A DNA stretch of 64,000 nucleotides. Origin: Podarcis vaucheri. Lineage: Eukaryota. Below, piece after piece: positions 13,626 to 26,342 of this stretch; position 1 is the first letter of the stretch, and the number at the start of each line of letters is the position of its first letter. The stretch lies in NCBI GenBank assembly GCA_965113315.1, contig OZ220382.1; one strand, 5' to 3'. Under the pieces are notes generated by a model that searched no databases, was not told where the DNA came from, and was given only the letters and a program-made list of their open reading frames with translations. Made by a program: the position numbers and the translations under genes.

Positions 13626-13947
13626 CACCCCGCCCATCCGACTGGGTTTCCCAAGCCACCCCGGGAGGCTTCCAACCGAATATTAAAAACAATACAGCAT
13701 CAAACATTAAAAACTTCCCTAAACAGGACCGCCTTCAGTTGTCTTTTAAAAATAAAATAGTTGTTTATTTCCTTGACATCTGCTGGGAGGGCGTTCCACA
13801 GGGCAGGCGCCACTACCGAGAAGGCCCTCTGCCTGGTTCCCTGCAACCTCACCTCTCGCAGCGAGGGAACTGCCAGAAGGCCCTCAGCGCTGGACTGACG
13901 TGTCCGGGCTGGACGATGGGGGTGGAGATGCTCCTTCAGGTTTACAG
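13590..13947 (-). mobile_element. Second L2-clade family 3' fragment with (TTTA)n tail
   Basis: (ttta)n then ccccgcccatccgactgggtttcccaagcc...; the same family 3' end occurs at 38546-38712 with an (ATA)n tail. Confidence 0.75.
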
Positions 13948-14224
13948 AACGTGGTCTTAGTGGCCACTCCCAGTCACCAGTCTAGGTGCCACACACTGAA
14001 TGCCAGTGGCTGGAAACCATAGTGAGGTTGTGTGAGTTTTGTACTTGGATCAGTTTTGTACTTGGATCCTGCTTTTGGGCTTCCCACAAACATCTGGTCA
14101 ACCACTGTGAGTAGAGGTTGCTGGACTGGATGAGTCATTGGCCTGATCCAGCAGGCTATTCTTATGTTCTGGTGTTCTTAAATCTAAGCAGCACTTTTCT
14201 GCCAAAGCTGCTCATTATTAAGAC

Positions 14225-14385
14225 TCAGGTGGATAGCCGTGTTGATCTGTCATAGTCATACTAAATAACAAGATGAAAGATGAAAAAATCTTTTTTAATA
14301 ATTCCAGTGGCACCTTAAAGATCAACTAAATATAAGCTTTCAAGGTATGAGCTTTCGTGTGTAATACACACTTTGTCAGATACTC
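14225..14385 (-). mobile_element. Penelope-like element pLTR fragment containing a minimal hammerhead ribozyme remnant
   Basis: tagccgtgttgatctg...ttccagtggcaccttaaagatcaactaa...atgagctttcgtgtg...tcagatac; homologous to 22861-23016. Confidence 0.75.
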
Positions 14386-15372
14386 TCTGTCGTTATTAAG
14401 ATTGTTGTCTTTGTTCTCTGAAAGCTCCAAAAACAGTCAAAAGTTCATTGAATAGGGTAGTCTTAAGAACATCCAACTCAAGCTTTTTTGCTTCTAGCTT
14501 CAAGAGAAGATTTCATCCTGGTCTCTGACTAGACAGTTGCAGGAAAATGGTCTTTCAGATGGAGCCCAGCTATTATAAAAATGAACAATTCAGGTTTAAT
14601 AATGGGTACCAATGTAGAGTGAGTCAGCGGTTTGGGTTCTTTGTCTTGTTTTTAATGTCACTATCAGATCCAAGGACAATGTGTTTGTGAGGAAAGAACT
14701 TGCACAATGAGGTCTGAATGGCTTTGTCCTTTTGCCAGCAAAGGATCTGCAAAAAAGCAGTGAGGCATTTAAGAAGTCTGGAATATGGGTTTGTGTGTCC
14801 TATGACCAAGGGTGGGGGAGGACTTCGTTTGCATTTTAATGTGAACCCACCTAATTCACACTTCCTGAATTAGTATGTGAACAAAAAGTGCACCGATTAT
14901 CCTTTAAAATCCAACCGCTTCTGAATTTTGGGATGTAGTTTGCCAGCCTCAAAAAACACAAACCAAGATTAGCAGAAAGTGTGTGAAAGAATGTGTATGT
15001 TGGTGAGAGCAATGTTCAAAAAGCAAGTTACCTTAGAGGAAATTGCTTGCAAAAACATGAATTTTGGGGAAACTTTCCTACAAAAATGTGTCTGTTAGGT
15101 TAAGCCTACACAAAAATGCCTATGAATTTCGGCTAGGGCTTAAAACAGTTTTTTAAAACAAACTTAATTCTTTATTAAGTAAAATTAATACACTTATTGA
15201 TTCCAGAAAAAGCCTCAAAGTAGTCTAGAAAGAGAATAAAACAATAACATTATTAGTAAAATACAGTTAAAAACAACTGTTTAAAAAGCATTCCCCCCAA
15301 ATAAGCTAAGCAATAAACTAAAAACACCTGGGCAGACTTGTCCAAACAAAAATGGTTTTTAGCAAGAGCCAA

Positions 15373-15723
15373 ACGCGGGTGGCACTGTGGGTTAAACCAC
15401 AGAGCCTAGGACTTGCTGATCAGAAGGTCGGCAGTTTGAATCCCCACGACGGGGTGAGCTCCCGTTGCTCTGTCTCAGCTCTTGCCAACCTAGCAGTTCG
15501 AAAGTACGTCAACGTGCAAGTAGATAAATAGGTACCGCTCCAGCGGGAAGGTAAACGGTGTTTCCGTGCGCTGCTCTGGTTCTCCAGAAGCGGCTTAGTC
15601 ATGCTGACCTCATGACCCGGGAGCTGTACGCTGGCTCCCTCGGCCTATAGAGCGAGATGAGTGCCACATCCCCAGAGTCGGTCACGACTGGACCTAATGG
15701 ACAGGGGTCCCTTTACCTTTACC
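15373..15723 (+). mobile_element. Sauria SINE (Squam1)
   Basis: gcgggtggcactgtgggttaaaccacagagcctagg...gtagataaataggtaccgct...ggggtccctttacctttacc, with an (ACCTTT)n tail. Inserted into a decayed L2 fragment. Confidence 0.9.
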
Positions 15724-15839
15724 TAAAAAGCGTATAGTGAAAGCACCTGCCTAATGTCAGGCAGGGAGTTCCCAAGTGTAGGCGCTGCCACACCAAAAGA
15801 CTGTCAGTAACCTCCAGACTGCCCCAAATAACTTACATA

Positions 15840-16065
15840 TTTCTTTATTATTATTTTTATTGGGTTTTTGATAGTTTTGTACATATAAAACATAATCATT
15901 TCAAACATTAAAATACAAGATTCTTTAGAACCTTCGGACCTCCTTCCTTCCCTCCATGGGTTCCATATTTAAGTTTAAATTTGTTGCATCTTTTACCATT
16001 ATCCATCTATTACATAACCATAATTATCATAAATAATTCCACATCACAACTTGCCATTACATCCC
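15840..16065 (-). mobile_element. L1/Tx1-like LINE 3' UTR fragment
   Basis: A-rich tail on the minus strand, and tgcatcttttaccattatccatctatt...cataaataattccacat shared with the L1 fragment at 41351-41995. Confidence 0.65.
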
Positions 16066-16419
16066 ATTGGGGAATGACGTAATGGCCAAAAATAACCTAT
16101 GCAGAGAAGGGGAGAACTGAATTTAAGATTGGAAAAAAATGAAATGGGAAGAAACTGAAATTGACAGATTCTTCCATCCCCATCACTTCAGAATGTAAGG
16201 GTTATATATTTACTGTAATGATGATGGAACTGAGGGCAGAAATACACCTGTGATTAAGGAGTGTACTTGTGAGGTCAGGGTGGGGCCCCAGTGCCAGTGC
16301 CAACCCCAACTTCCTCTTTCAGCTGGTTTTGCCCCATTTTTTAAATAAAAAACCCCCAAGCTAAAATAAAATATAAAATAACCATCTTGCAAGAGCATCA
16401 TGTTGACACTGTCCAAATA

Positions 16420-16677
16420 CAGTGGTACCTCGGGTTACATACGCTTCAGGTTACATACGCTTCAGGTTACATACGCTTCAGGTTACAGACTCCACTAACC
16501 CAGAAATAGTGCTTCAGGTTAAGAACTTTGCTTCAGGATAAGAACAGAAATTGTGCTCCGGCGGCACGGCGGCAGCAGGAGGCCCCATTAGCTAAAATGG
16601 TGCTTCAGGTTAAGAACAGTTTCAGGTTAAGAACGTACCTCCAGAACGAATTAAGTACTTAACCCAAGGTACCATTG
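16420..16677. mobile_element. Tc1/mariner-pogo MITE
   Basis: TA|cagtggtacctcgggtt ... aacccaaggtaccattg|TA; internal 16-bp tandem ggttacatacgcttca. Confidence 0.88.
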
Positions 16678-19600
16678 TATAACTTTGTCATCCAATGTTT
16701 TGACATAGTTTTTTGAGGGCATGGAAGGTTTCCTTTGCTGGACTTGTTTTCTCACAACAAACCAAATCTTGAAAGAACCTTTTCATCATTTTTACAATTG
16801 CACATTGTTGCAAACAACAAAATTATCGGATGGACAATAGAACCCTTCTTTCAATTTTTATCAAATCTAAAATCAAATCTGAAAACACTCTTCTGGAGCG
16901 CATCTGGATTTGTTCTACAGGCTTCTGATGCAGAAAACATTCTGAGAGTGTGAAATTGCAAACATGAGTTGATGTAGATACTCTCATCTTCCTTAGGCAC
17001 TTTGCTCTTGGGGAAATTTTAATTTACTGGCCAATGGATGGACTTTAGGCTGACAAGGAGCTGCTTCTGGGTATTTTCCAAAACTAATTTGAATAGTAGC
17101 TATAATAGTAGCTATAATGCCATCCAACCTGTCAAAATGTGAAGAGCTATATTGACTGTGATTAGCAAACCCTGTGGGCAGGGGAAGCACAGCTAATGAA
17201 ATATGAGGGGAGCCAAGAAAATAGCTTCCTTGCCCCCTCTCTTCCTCTGCCCCTTCCAGTGTGATCCTAGCAGGCTTTCAATTTCATTGTTCCTCTGTCT
17301 TGGATCCTCTGCCCCCCTTTGGATTTTTCTTCCCCAGCAAAAGCATGACATGGGCAAGTTTGTGAGTGAAAAAAACACAGGGTGTGCCATAAGGTACACT
17401 GAGAAACTTATGGAATTGTTTTTATGACTGTGAGGGAGAGAGTTTGGAAAGGCATGGGCAGTGTTTGCTGAAATCTTGGCAGCCAAAATTTCAGCTATAG
17501 AAAATGTGTGGCAGTTAGGGTTGGGGCCACATGTATCTCCTTTCCCTTCCCAATGACTTAGTGAGTCCAGACTAAATTAGGCAAAGCAGTGAACAATCCA
17601 AGAGGAATTGTGAAAATTTTGCAATAATTTAAGCAGATTGCAGAATGCAGCCGTTTGTGGTGCAGAACTTAGTGAAGGTGTTTTGGGTGTTTTAAGGACA
17701 GGGTACATATAGCCCTGAATAAAACGAAAAGAGAAGGGATGCAAAATGCATGAGGGAGGATGTTTCTCTTCTTACTAGCTGCTTTTCTGCTTCACATGCT
17801 CAGTTTCCTCCACCCAAGCATAAATTTAGAAGTATGGTAAAATTTAAAATTCTGTACAAAATACTGGTACCAAGAGAAACGTTTGGATGTGATTAGAAGT
17901 CACCCTAACTGCACCCTCGTGTGGTAAGAACTGGTATTTCATGGTACTGGATCAGCCTGTAAGACTTACATCCTTTGCTACAAGGCTTAAATAGCGAAAT
18001 TGTAATGATATACTGTATTGCAAAGTCAAACAACAGCAACCCACTTGCATGGAGCTGCCAGGAGAGTCTCTTACTTGGGTTGTAAAACCAATGTCTCAGA
18101 TTTGAGACATTAGAAGAACAAGTCCTGTCCTGCAAGCCTGTCCTGCAAATCCTGAGGTTATTCTGTTATCACGAATGCCTAGGCCCAACAGATATGCTAC
18201 ACAGCATCCTTCATCAATTTAGTGCCTTCTAGAGGTTTTGGACTACACCTCCCATAAGCCACAGCAGCTTTGCCTGATGGAAGTAGTTCTCCAAGGGCAT
18301 CAGGCTGGCAATGGCTCCTCAATAACATATTTTTAAAATCTAATGCAATCCATCTTTGTAATAGGCAGGGCTTGTGTTGCAGAACTCTTCTGCCAAAGGT
18401 CTCCTGAAAGCATTAGGGAAGCATCATGCTTGAATGGTGCACAGTGTATAACACAGTAAAAAGCAGATGAACCATGTTGACGACTGTCTCTTTCCCTCAC
18501 GGATGGAAGGGAGGGGCAGCTCTTGAAGCCTGTAAACCAGTGAGCCAAAGCAAGTCAAGACTTATCACTAAGCTTATTGAGTTCACCATGTGTGTAGTGG
18601 AAGCAGGGACTATGGAACTTTCTTGTAAACAGCATTATCTGTGAACCTGCTGGGCATGTGATCTGCTTCCTTCAGTGCTTATAAACCTGGGAACCCAAGA
18701 CAAAAAAGAAGAAAGTCAGCTCTATTATCTCTGAGTAGCTGTCTTCTTCTTCAATATATCTTTTGGTAATGTTTCTCCTCTGTCTTATTGATCCCCTCTC
18801 TTTGTGCAGGGTGCCTGGGGACCCCAGGTACACTACTGTGACTTCTCCGAGGGAAGAAGGCAAGTTAGAAATGTGAGAAATAAATAGAAAATGTTGGAAT
18901 GTAAGGAATTTATTTTTCAGCAGTATCTAAACAATGGACAGCCTCTTAGAGATGCAGTATTTGGATATAAGTGTTTTGGATGGATCGCACCAACTATTAT
19001 TTCCGCCAAACAGCACAGGTTTCTGGTGTTGCATTCTGTCAGCTTTGCATTGGCTGAAATTGCATACCCTCCAAGAGTCTCGATTTTCCAGAGGATGCCC
19101 CAGAATTACGAAAGCCATCCCAGCTTCTGATTTGATCCTGCAATGTCCTTTCCCCCCTCCAGTGCTGCCACCAATGAGCTCAAGGAGGAGGAGGAGCTGA
19201 TGCTTGTCTCAAGTGGCAGTAGCATCCCATTGCCTCTCCATGGCCGCTGCTGCCAGACTCCTTCCTTGGGTAGCTTGCAGGGTTTGATGTAGAGAAGGCG
19301 AGGAGGAGAGGCTTCACCGCTGAGGCCCAGCTCTGAGGCTGGCTCTGAGGGGCAAGTGGAGGGCAGGGCCACCCCAGAAAGGGGGGCAGAGTGGAGCGCA
19401 AAGAGTCTTGATTTCACCCTTTGTAAAATTTATTTATTGGTGTGTGTTTTTCTTTTTGTAAATCTTTCAAAGAACAAAATAAAATCCAGACTAAGGGTTT
19501 TCTCAGGATGGCAGAGGGGTGGGTGCTGTGTCCCATTGCTGTAGTTGTGGGGGGCTCTTGCCCTTCCTCTGCTAGGAAATGGTCTGCATCGGGGGGGGGG

Positions 19601-20874
19601 GGGGAATGAGGGGGGTGCAAGGAGGGTCAGTTGGGGTGGGGGAGTGAGACATTTTTCCTGTTTTCATCTGAGGAATGTTGGAAGGTATGAAACTGATCCC
19701 ACAATACACAGCATTTGACACTTCACGTCTGTAACTGCATAAACTGTGGTGTCATGGTCATTACAAAGCTGAGAGATTCCACCCTCCACAGATTTGTCTC
19801 AAAAGCTCATTGCAAACAAACAAACAAACAAATGAAAACTCATCACAGTTGTGTCTCTGTTATTTTGAGCAAAAGCAGAGAGTGATGTGAGGTAAAAGTG
19901 AGTCTACAGCCTGTAAAAGCAGGCATTAGCATTGTCCAGACCAGTGAGCAGGATCCATAAACTCTTACGTGCGTTAAGGACCCATTCTGACCTATCGGTG
20001 CAAAGAAGCTTCCTTGACCGGTGGGGCTTTTTCCTCTACATTTCCTTCTGGACTGAAGCTGGTTGGTGGTGTACCAGATTAAGCCCCTGCCTGCAACCGC
20101 ACAGGTTGACAGCTCATGCCTTCCTACAGACTTCAGTCCTGACACTGTGGACGTCTTGCTCACATGTAAAGCCAGCAAAGTGTAGAGTGACAGGCTAAGA
20201 CTGGGCAGATCCAGGCTCAATCGAGCATTCTTTCATTCTAGCCCAGGGGTTGCCAGTGTGGCACCCATGGGCAGAAAAGCACCCTTGAGGCCTCCCCAGG
20301 TTACAACAAAGCCTCTGAGGCCTTCACGTACTGCCCACTTCATCATGGTACAGGTAAGGGTGGTTATCATTTCTCCCAGGAAAAGTACATAGAGTGGAAA
20401 GAGAAAGTTGGAAAGAGTGGTGCTCTTTCCCACTTCCTCATTCAACCTTATATGCTTTTCAGGGCTCAGATTAATTCAACTGGTGACTGTGATCTTTATC
20501 CAGATCCCCGGAAAAACTGAAGCGTGTGTATGTGTGTACACACTCACTTTTTTTCCTTCCTGTTTCTTGCATAGGTGGTGAGTGGGAGCTGATTCAGAGG
20601 ACAGGAAGAAAAGTGACCAGAAGGAGTGGCACCCACATCACTCACTCACAAATAAAAATGTACCCATGGTCCTGAAATGGCTGCTGATCATTGGTCTAAC
20701 CTATCTCACAAGGTTGCTGTTGAGAAAAACGAGGGGCTGTTTTGTTTTTGGAGAAAATAACAGGCTACAAAGGAGAGAAATACCATCAAAGTTGCCTGCA
20801 TGAGCATCTGACTAATGACCAAACGAGCTTGCTGGCTGGCACATAACTAACATTATCTTCTCTGTGTTCCACAG

Positions 20875-20999
20875 ATAACACACAGCCTTTTGTAGACTTC
20901 CGCCCAAGTGTTCCTGATGTTATCTTCGTACACAATGCTACAGAAGTGATCGTGCCTTGCCGGGTCACCTCGCCGGATATCACACCAACGCTCCTGCTG
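20875..20999 (+). CDS. kdrl: kdrl coding exon 4 (Ig domain 2, N-half)
   Basis: ttccacag|AT ... CTG|gtgagc; 125 nt, phase 1 to 0. Encodes DNTQPFVDFRPSVPDVIFVHNATEVIVPCRVTSPDITPTLLL, with the VEGFR D2 signature PFV...V(I/V)PCRVTSP. Confidence 0.93.
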
Positions 21000-22369
21000 G
21001 TGAGCACACTTCTTCTAAGTCTCATCTAAGAGGAAATAATCAATTCCGCAAGTGGCATAACCAGATTATGGGTGTAATCCGATTCTTGGTAGCGGCTTGG
21101 AATAGGATTTGACGGACTTGTCACCCGTCATAGCGTTTTGCTTCAGTCCTCACTTCAGCTATTTTTAGCTATTCCTGATCCAGCCCTTTAGCTTTTTGAA
21201 AACAACACTATCGACCTAGATTGAAAGCAGCGTGCTGAGTTTGAGCATGAATGATTCCAGATTGAGAAAAACACAAACTTTAGGGTTCAGACAGGTTAGT
21301 GTGAAAGCATCCTAAATTGATAGTGCCTCTGGAAGCAGATCCCATAGTTTAATTATGTGCTATGTGATTAAGTACTTTATTTTGTCTGCATCTCCCACCA
21401 TCTAGCTTTATTACACTTCTCTGGCTTCTAGTTTTTTGAGAGAGGGAGAAAAGAGTCTCTGTAGCCTCTTTCTTCATACCATACATAACTGTACTCACTT
21501 GTATCCTATCTCCCTTAACTCGCCCTTTTTTTTTACTCAGGGCTCATCCACGTTTTTGCTTGACCCGTATTTTGATTGCATTGTGTGCTGATGAATTCTC
21601 CTGGGTCAGAGAACTTTTCTCATTGTTCCGCAGCTGTGCCCTGTGAAAATCTAAGGTAACTCGGTTAAGCAAAATCCCTCCTCAGATTTTCTGTGAATCT
21701 GATAAGATCTGATTTAGCAGGTCGGATTGGATTTTCCCAAGGCACAGCCACAGAACAATGGAAAAAGCCCTCAGACCTGGGAGAATTAATTGGGACAGGA
21801 TATGATCAAAATACATGTCAAACGAAAGTGCAGATAGATGAGCAGCGCCATCTGAAGCATATCCGGTGCTGTGGTGCAAAGATCCCTCTGGCGCCCCCCC
21901 TCCAATTTCCCAGAGTTGTTGACCCAGTGGCATAGCAAGGTCAGGAGGTACCCAGTGCGGAAATTTTTTTGTCACCCCCCCCCCAATTGAAATTATTAAA
22001 GAAGGAAAAATAAGATACTTACAGTTGAAAGTGTTATTTTCTGGTTTATTTACTTGACATTGTGAGCATAAGCACTTAAAACCCTTTTTTCGTAACTTTG
22101 TTCTCTGCAAATTTTGAAATCATATCAGCTCCCAGAGTTGGTGGAGCTAGAATAAAACCCAGCCACCCCTCCAGCTGGACTCTGTCCATGGAACCAGTGA
22201 ATGTGTGTGCTGCCTTCTTCCATTTTGGGGTGTGTGTGGGCCAGATGACCCTTGGGGTCCCTTAAGTCCTACAATTCAAGGATTCTCTGTTGCCACAGAC
22301 AGAAAAATGTCTCAGGCCAAACAAAGTGTGTGGGTACCAATCCTCATGGCTTCATAAGATGACGAGCCA

Positions 22370-22615
22370 CATTCATGGAGGGGATGGCTACCAATGGCTA
22401 CCAGCCAGGATAGTTCTGCTCTGTCTCCTCAGTTGGAGGCAGGGATGCTTCTGAATGCCAGTTGCTGGGAACCGCAGGAAGGGAAAAGGCTGCTCCTGTG
22501 CTTGGATCCTGCTTGCAGGTTTCCCAAAAGGGGCATCTGGTTGGTCACTGTGAGAACAGGATGCTGGACTAGATGGGCCACTGGCCTGATCCAGCAGCAG
22601 GCTCTTCTGGTGTAT
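22370..22615 (+). mobile_element. CR1 LINE 3' end
   Basis: attcatggaggg...ggtcactgtgagaacaggatgctggactagatgggccactggcctgatccagcagcaggctcttc; further copies at 38970-39230(-) and 45335-45470(-). Confidence 0.75.
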
Positions 22616-22860
22616 GTATGGTATTTGGGTTGCTATTTCCCCCCAAAAAGGTCTTAGCAGGGAAGGTGATGATGGCCACAGAGTACAAAACCCTGAACTG
22701 ACCAGGCGTATTCTGGCATGGAGGGGTAGCCAGACAAGAGAACTGTTTGCCCATTCTGTGCGCAGCAGTGATTGACAAGTTGACAGTGGCAGAGCAGCTG
22801 CTTTGCATGCAGATGGTCCCGGGTTCAATCCCCACAGTTCCAAATTTTAAAGTTTCAGTT

Positions 22861-23016
22861 ACAGATAGGTAGCCGTGTTGGTCTGCCATAGTCAAAATAA
22901 AAAAAATCCTTCCAGTAACACCTTAAAGACCAACTAAGTTGCATGCACACGAAAGCTCATACCAAGAACTAACTTAGTTGGACTTTAAGGTGCTACTGGA
23001 AGGAATTTTTTTATTT
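22861..23016. mobile_element. Penelope-like element insertion with inverted pLTR arrangement
   Basis: Inverted arms ~22894-22940 and ~22971-23017 surround gcatgcacacgaaagctcatacc. Flanked by attttaaagtttcagtt (22844-22860) and attttaaaatttcagtt (23013-23029). Confidence 0.8.
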
Positions 23017-25980
23017 TAAAATTTCAGTTTATCTCTCCAAGCATTTTTATAAGCACACGCGACTTCCAGCTTTAAGAAGGTGGTGTGGGGGCTCCCAGAT
23101 TATGGCACCACCTTCCCAGAGATCTTTGTACAAATAATTTCTCCTTTCAAAAAGACACAGGCATATCCAGTCCTTATCAATATTTCAGCTTCTCTAGTCC
23201 ATTCCAAACTTTAAAATTCCAATTTATCTATAAGAATACGTACTTTGAAAACAAACTCAATCTTCTTTAAACCACTCCAGCCAAGGTGTATTAATAATCC
23301 ACAATTAAGAATCCAGTTGAAGGCAATAAAGAATGAGTTTCAGTTAATTTTTAGTCTCAACGTCACATCAACAGGCAAATATACCATTTATGCCTGCACG
23401 TTTGTAACACATACAAAGCTCTGCTTTTTGACTGATTGTAGCTGAGTGTAAGACTATACTCAAGTCAAGTTACAAAACTAGGAAGAGATGAAAACGAAGG
23501 GTTTAAGTTGATAAAAGTTTCATGGGTTAGAAGTGGGGGTTAATATAAATGTTCTGGAAGGTAGTTATGAGCATTAGGGGACAGATATTCCTGCTGAGAT
23601 AGAGAGAAACTGTAAGCAGCATGGTCAGAAAGAAATGAAACATCTGCTGCTGGGCACCTGAGCCCAGCAACCCGATGGACAGGGGCTGTGGCACAGGGTG
23701 CCACTAAGACAAATGGAAAAGACGTCCCTGCAGATGAGGCCAAAACTAGAAAGCCCCAGATGTTCTAATCATTTCTTCATAGAGGAGTTGTTATGAACTT
23801 GGTTATGTTGGTTCCCTGTTTCTGCACCTTTCCAGCTTTACAAAATTCTTTCTGAAGTACAGGATGGCTCCAGTTAAGCTGAAGGCAGGGTGAGATAACA
23901 TGAAAAAAGTGAGAGGAGGAGCAACTCTACACTTCATCATCAGCAGACAGTTTCCAATTAGGGCTTCATTTCTGGGTTTTTTCATAGGAATGCAAAAGGC
24001 AAGAAGACCCCAGTAGTCCCTACAAAAGAATGCAAATAATGCCAATACACAGCTGAACTGCAAGCACCACCTTACATCTATTTAAATTATCAAACTTCAA
24101 AAGGCAGCTGCATCCCCAAAATTTCATATATGCAATTTGCAAAACTCATGGACTATGTTTTGCATATTTGCAAAGAGTACCAGTTTCTTCAGACAGTATC
24201 CCATCTGCTTTGGTCTTCTTGTAAGAGGAAGGAGTAGCAGATGCACAGTTGCACGATATCACCCTCACAGTTGTATCCCAATGAAAAACTGCTGGCTTGA
24301 AGGGACCCAGAGGGTGGAATGAGATGTGGGGTGCATCTGATTCATGGCCAGAATCATTCTCCCCCACCCCCAGAACTGTATAAAGATTAATATTGACCAG
24401 TGGCATAAGAAGGTTCCTTGTGACTATCTTTGAGCAACTGAGCATTACATACCTTATTTTTAGAGTCTTAACCTTCCTTTTACCTGGCTTTGTCTCAGAT
24501 TTCTAGCTGGTCATTTCTTGTTATTGGAACTGAAGGGACCTTCTTCCTACTACCCTTTTGAGTGGATAAACAAAATGTTTCCACTTCGAGCTGCTACAAA
24601 ATCTAGGCCAAATATTCCACTCTTCCTCTTTGAAAGGGGACACATGGGCAGGGCTGGAAATCATACCGCAAAAGGAAGGTGCCTCCGGACATCCTCAGTA
24701 AAGATGATGAACCTATTCATGGAGGTGTGTGAGTGAGCGAGTGTTTACCTTGGGTGCCTTCGTTCTGTTCCCATTTAAGGAAATACCATAGTGGCTGTTT
24801 TGGCCTGGCCCGGAAGCGTGTAGAGCCATGCTGGCTGCTTCCTGTACTCAGAGGAAGTTTGAGGGGACGCGGAAGGAAGGAGTCCGTTGATCGGACGAAT
24901 TTAGAATATCCTCACCCAAAATTAATAACTGGCCACTGATAAAGCTGAAGGAGAGAGAGGGGGGAAATACCAGAAGGTCTTTTTAAGTGGTTGGGTAGAT
25001 GCTACCCTTTTGTTGTTGTTGTTGCTAAAATATTTTATTATAATGAATAAGTTTCATATGTGGGGCCATCTTAAAAAGGCAGATATTCCTTCCTATTCTT
25101 TTTCTTGACCACTGGGGGATACTCAAGCACAAAGCCGTAATATTCAACTCTATTCCATTGTATTATTCCTGTAGGAATGTACTTTCCCTCTCATAAATTA
25201 CCTTTCTTATGTTTCCATTATACTTTAAAATGACTGCACTCCATATCCTTTAAATATTTATGGGGAAGTGTGCAGACTGCTAATGCTCAAGAAAAGAGGC
25301 TAACTTCACATGATTTGTTCTTTGGTTTGAGCTTAAAATCCAACCTTTTCAACATCCCCATCATCCCCAATATAAAACTTAACACACTAGAGAAACGAGG
25401 GCAGGGGCATGACTCTTTGTGAAGGCTGATTCATTCACTAAATAGGGACCAACCAAAGCATGTGGTGCTGTGCTCTGTCACATGGTGCCGTTCTGGCTAT
25501 TCACCACCATGGGGGGGGGGGAACCCTGCTAATAATACAGAACAAGGATGAGGAGTGTTGAATGAAGTTGGCCCTCAAGTTCTCTCCATTTGGCCCTTAG
25601 AACTCTCCTCAGGCCACACCCTCTTGCCTTGCTGCTTTGCATGCATGCTCTTGAATGAATTTGTACCCTTGAGGTCTTGCCTGGGTAGAGGACAGGGAAG
25701 GGTGTGTGCGCATGTGCAGATACTGGCCAACTCTACAAAGGGACAGAAAAACAGCTTCCCATCCCCGATCACAAGGATAATCAGTCCCTCCTCACAGGGA
25801 ACTCTTGAGAATTTTAGCTTTGTGAGGGGAATAAGGGGCCTCCTAACAACTTTCAACACACTTAACAAGCTACAGCTCCCAGAATAATCTCTGCCCTTTG
25901 TAGGAGCACCTCTTGCAGATACCATCCCATCAGGAGGTCTGTTCTGTATGATGTGGGAATCAGATCTTTTTTAGCATGGC

Positions 25981-26342
25981 AGCGGGTGGCGCTATGGGTA
26001 AAACCTCAGCGCCTAGGGCTTGCCGATCGCATGGTCAGTGGTTCGAATCCCCACGGCGGCATGAGCTCCTGTCTTTCAGTCCCAGCTCCTGCCCACCTAG
26101 CAGTTCGAAAGCACCCTCAAGTGTAAGTAGATAAATAGGTACCGCTTTATAGCGGGAAGGTAAATGGCGTTTCCGTGTGCTGCGCTGGTGCCGGTTCGCC
26201 AGAGCAGCTTCGTCACGCTGGCCACGTGATCCGGAAGTGTCTCCGGACAGCGCTGGCTCCCGGCCTCTTAAGTGAGATGAGCGCACAACCCTAGAGTCTG
26301 TCAAGACTGGCCCGTACGGGCAGGGGTACCTTTACCTTTACC
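25981..26342 (+). mobile_element. Sauria SINE (different subfamily)
   Basis: gcgggtggcgctatgggtaaaacc...gtagataaataggtaccgct...ggggtacctttacctttacc; high CpG retention suggests a young copy. Confidence 0.88.

Larger units (their letters stand above)
12260..14170 (+). mobile_element. CR1 LINE 3' portion split into three pieces by two L2 insertions
   Basis: Pieces ~12260-12670, ~13505-13585 and ~13995-14170 join into a continuous CR1 3' end ending ggcctgatccagcaggctattcttatgttct. Confidence 0.75.

Noticed and set aside
14036-14068. 17-bp tandem duplication gttttgtacttggatc(a)
   Set aside because: Ordinary local slippage inside a decayed CR1 fragment.
16433-16490. Short direct repeats suggestive of a CRISPR array
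   Set aside because: These are spacer-less 16-bp tandem repeats inside a TA-flanked MITE in a vertebrate genome; no cas genes are present.
19590-19645. G-rich tract with G-quadruplex potential
   Set aside because: It probably belongs to a decayed repeat, and such tracts are common; there is no supporting context.
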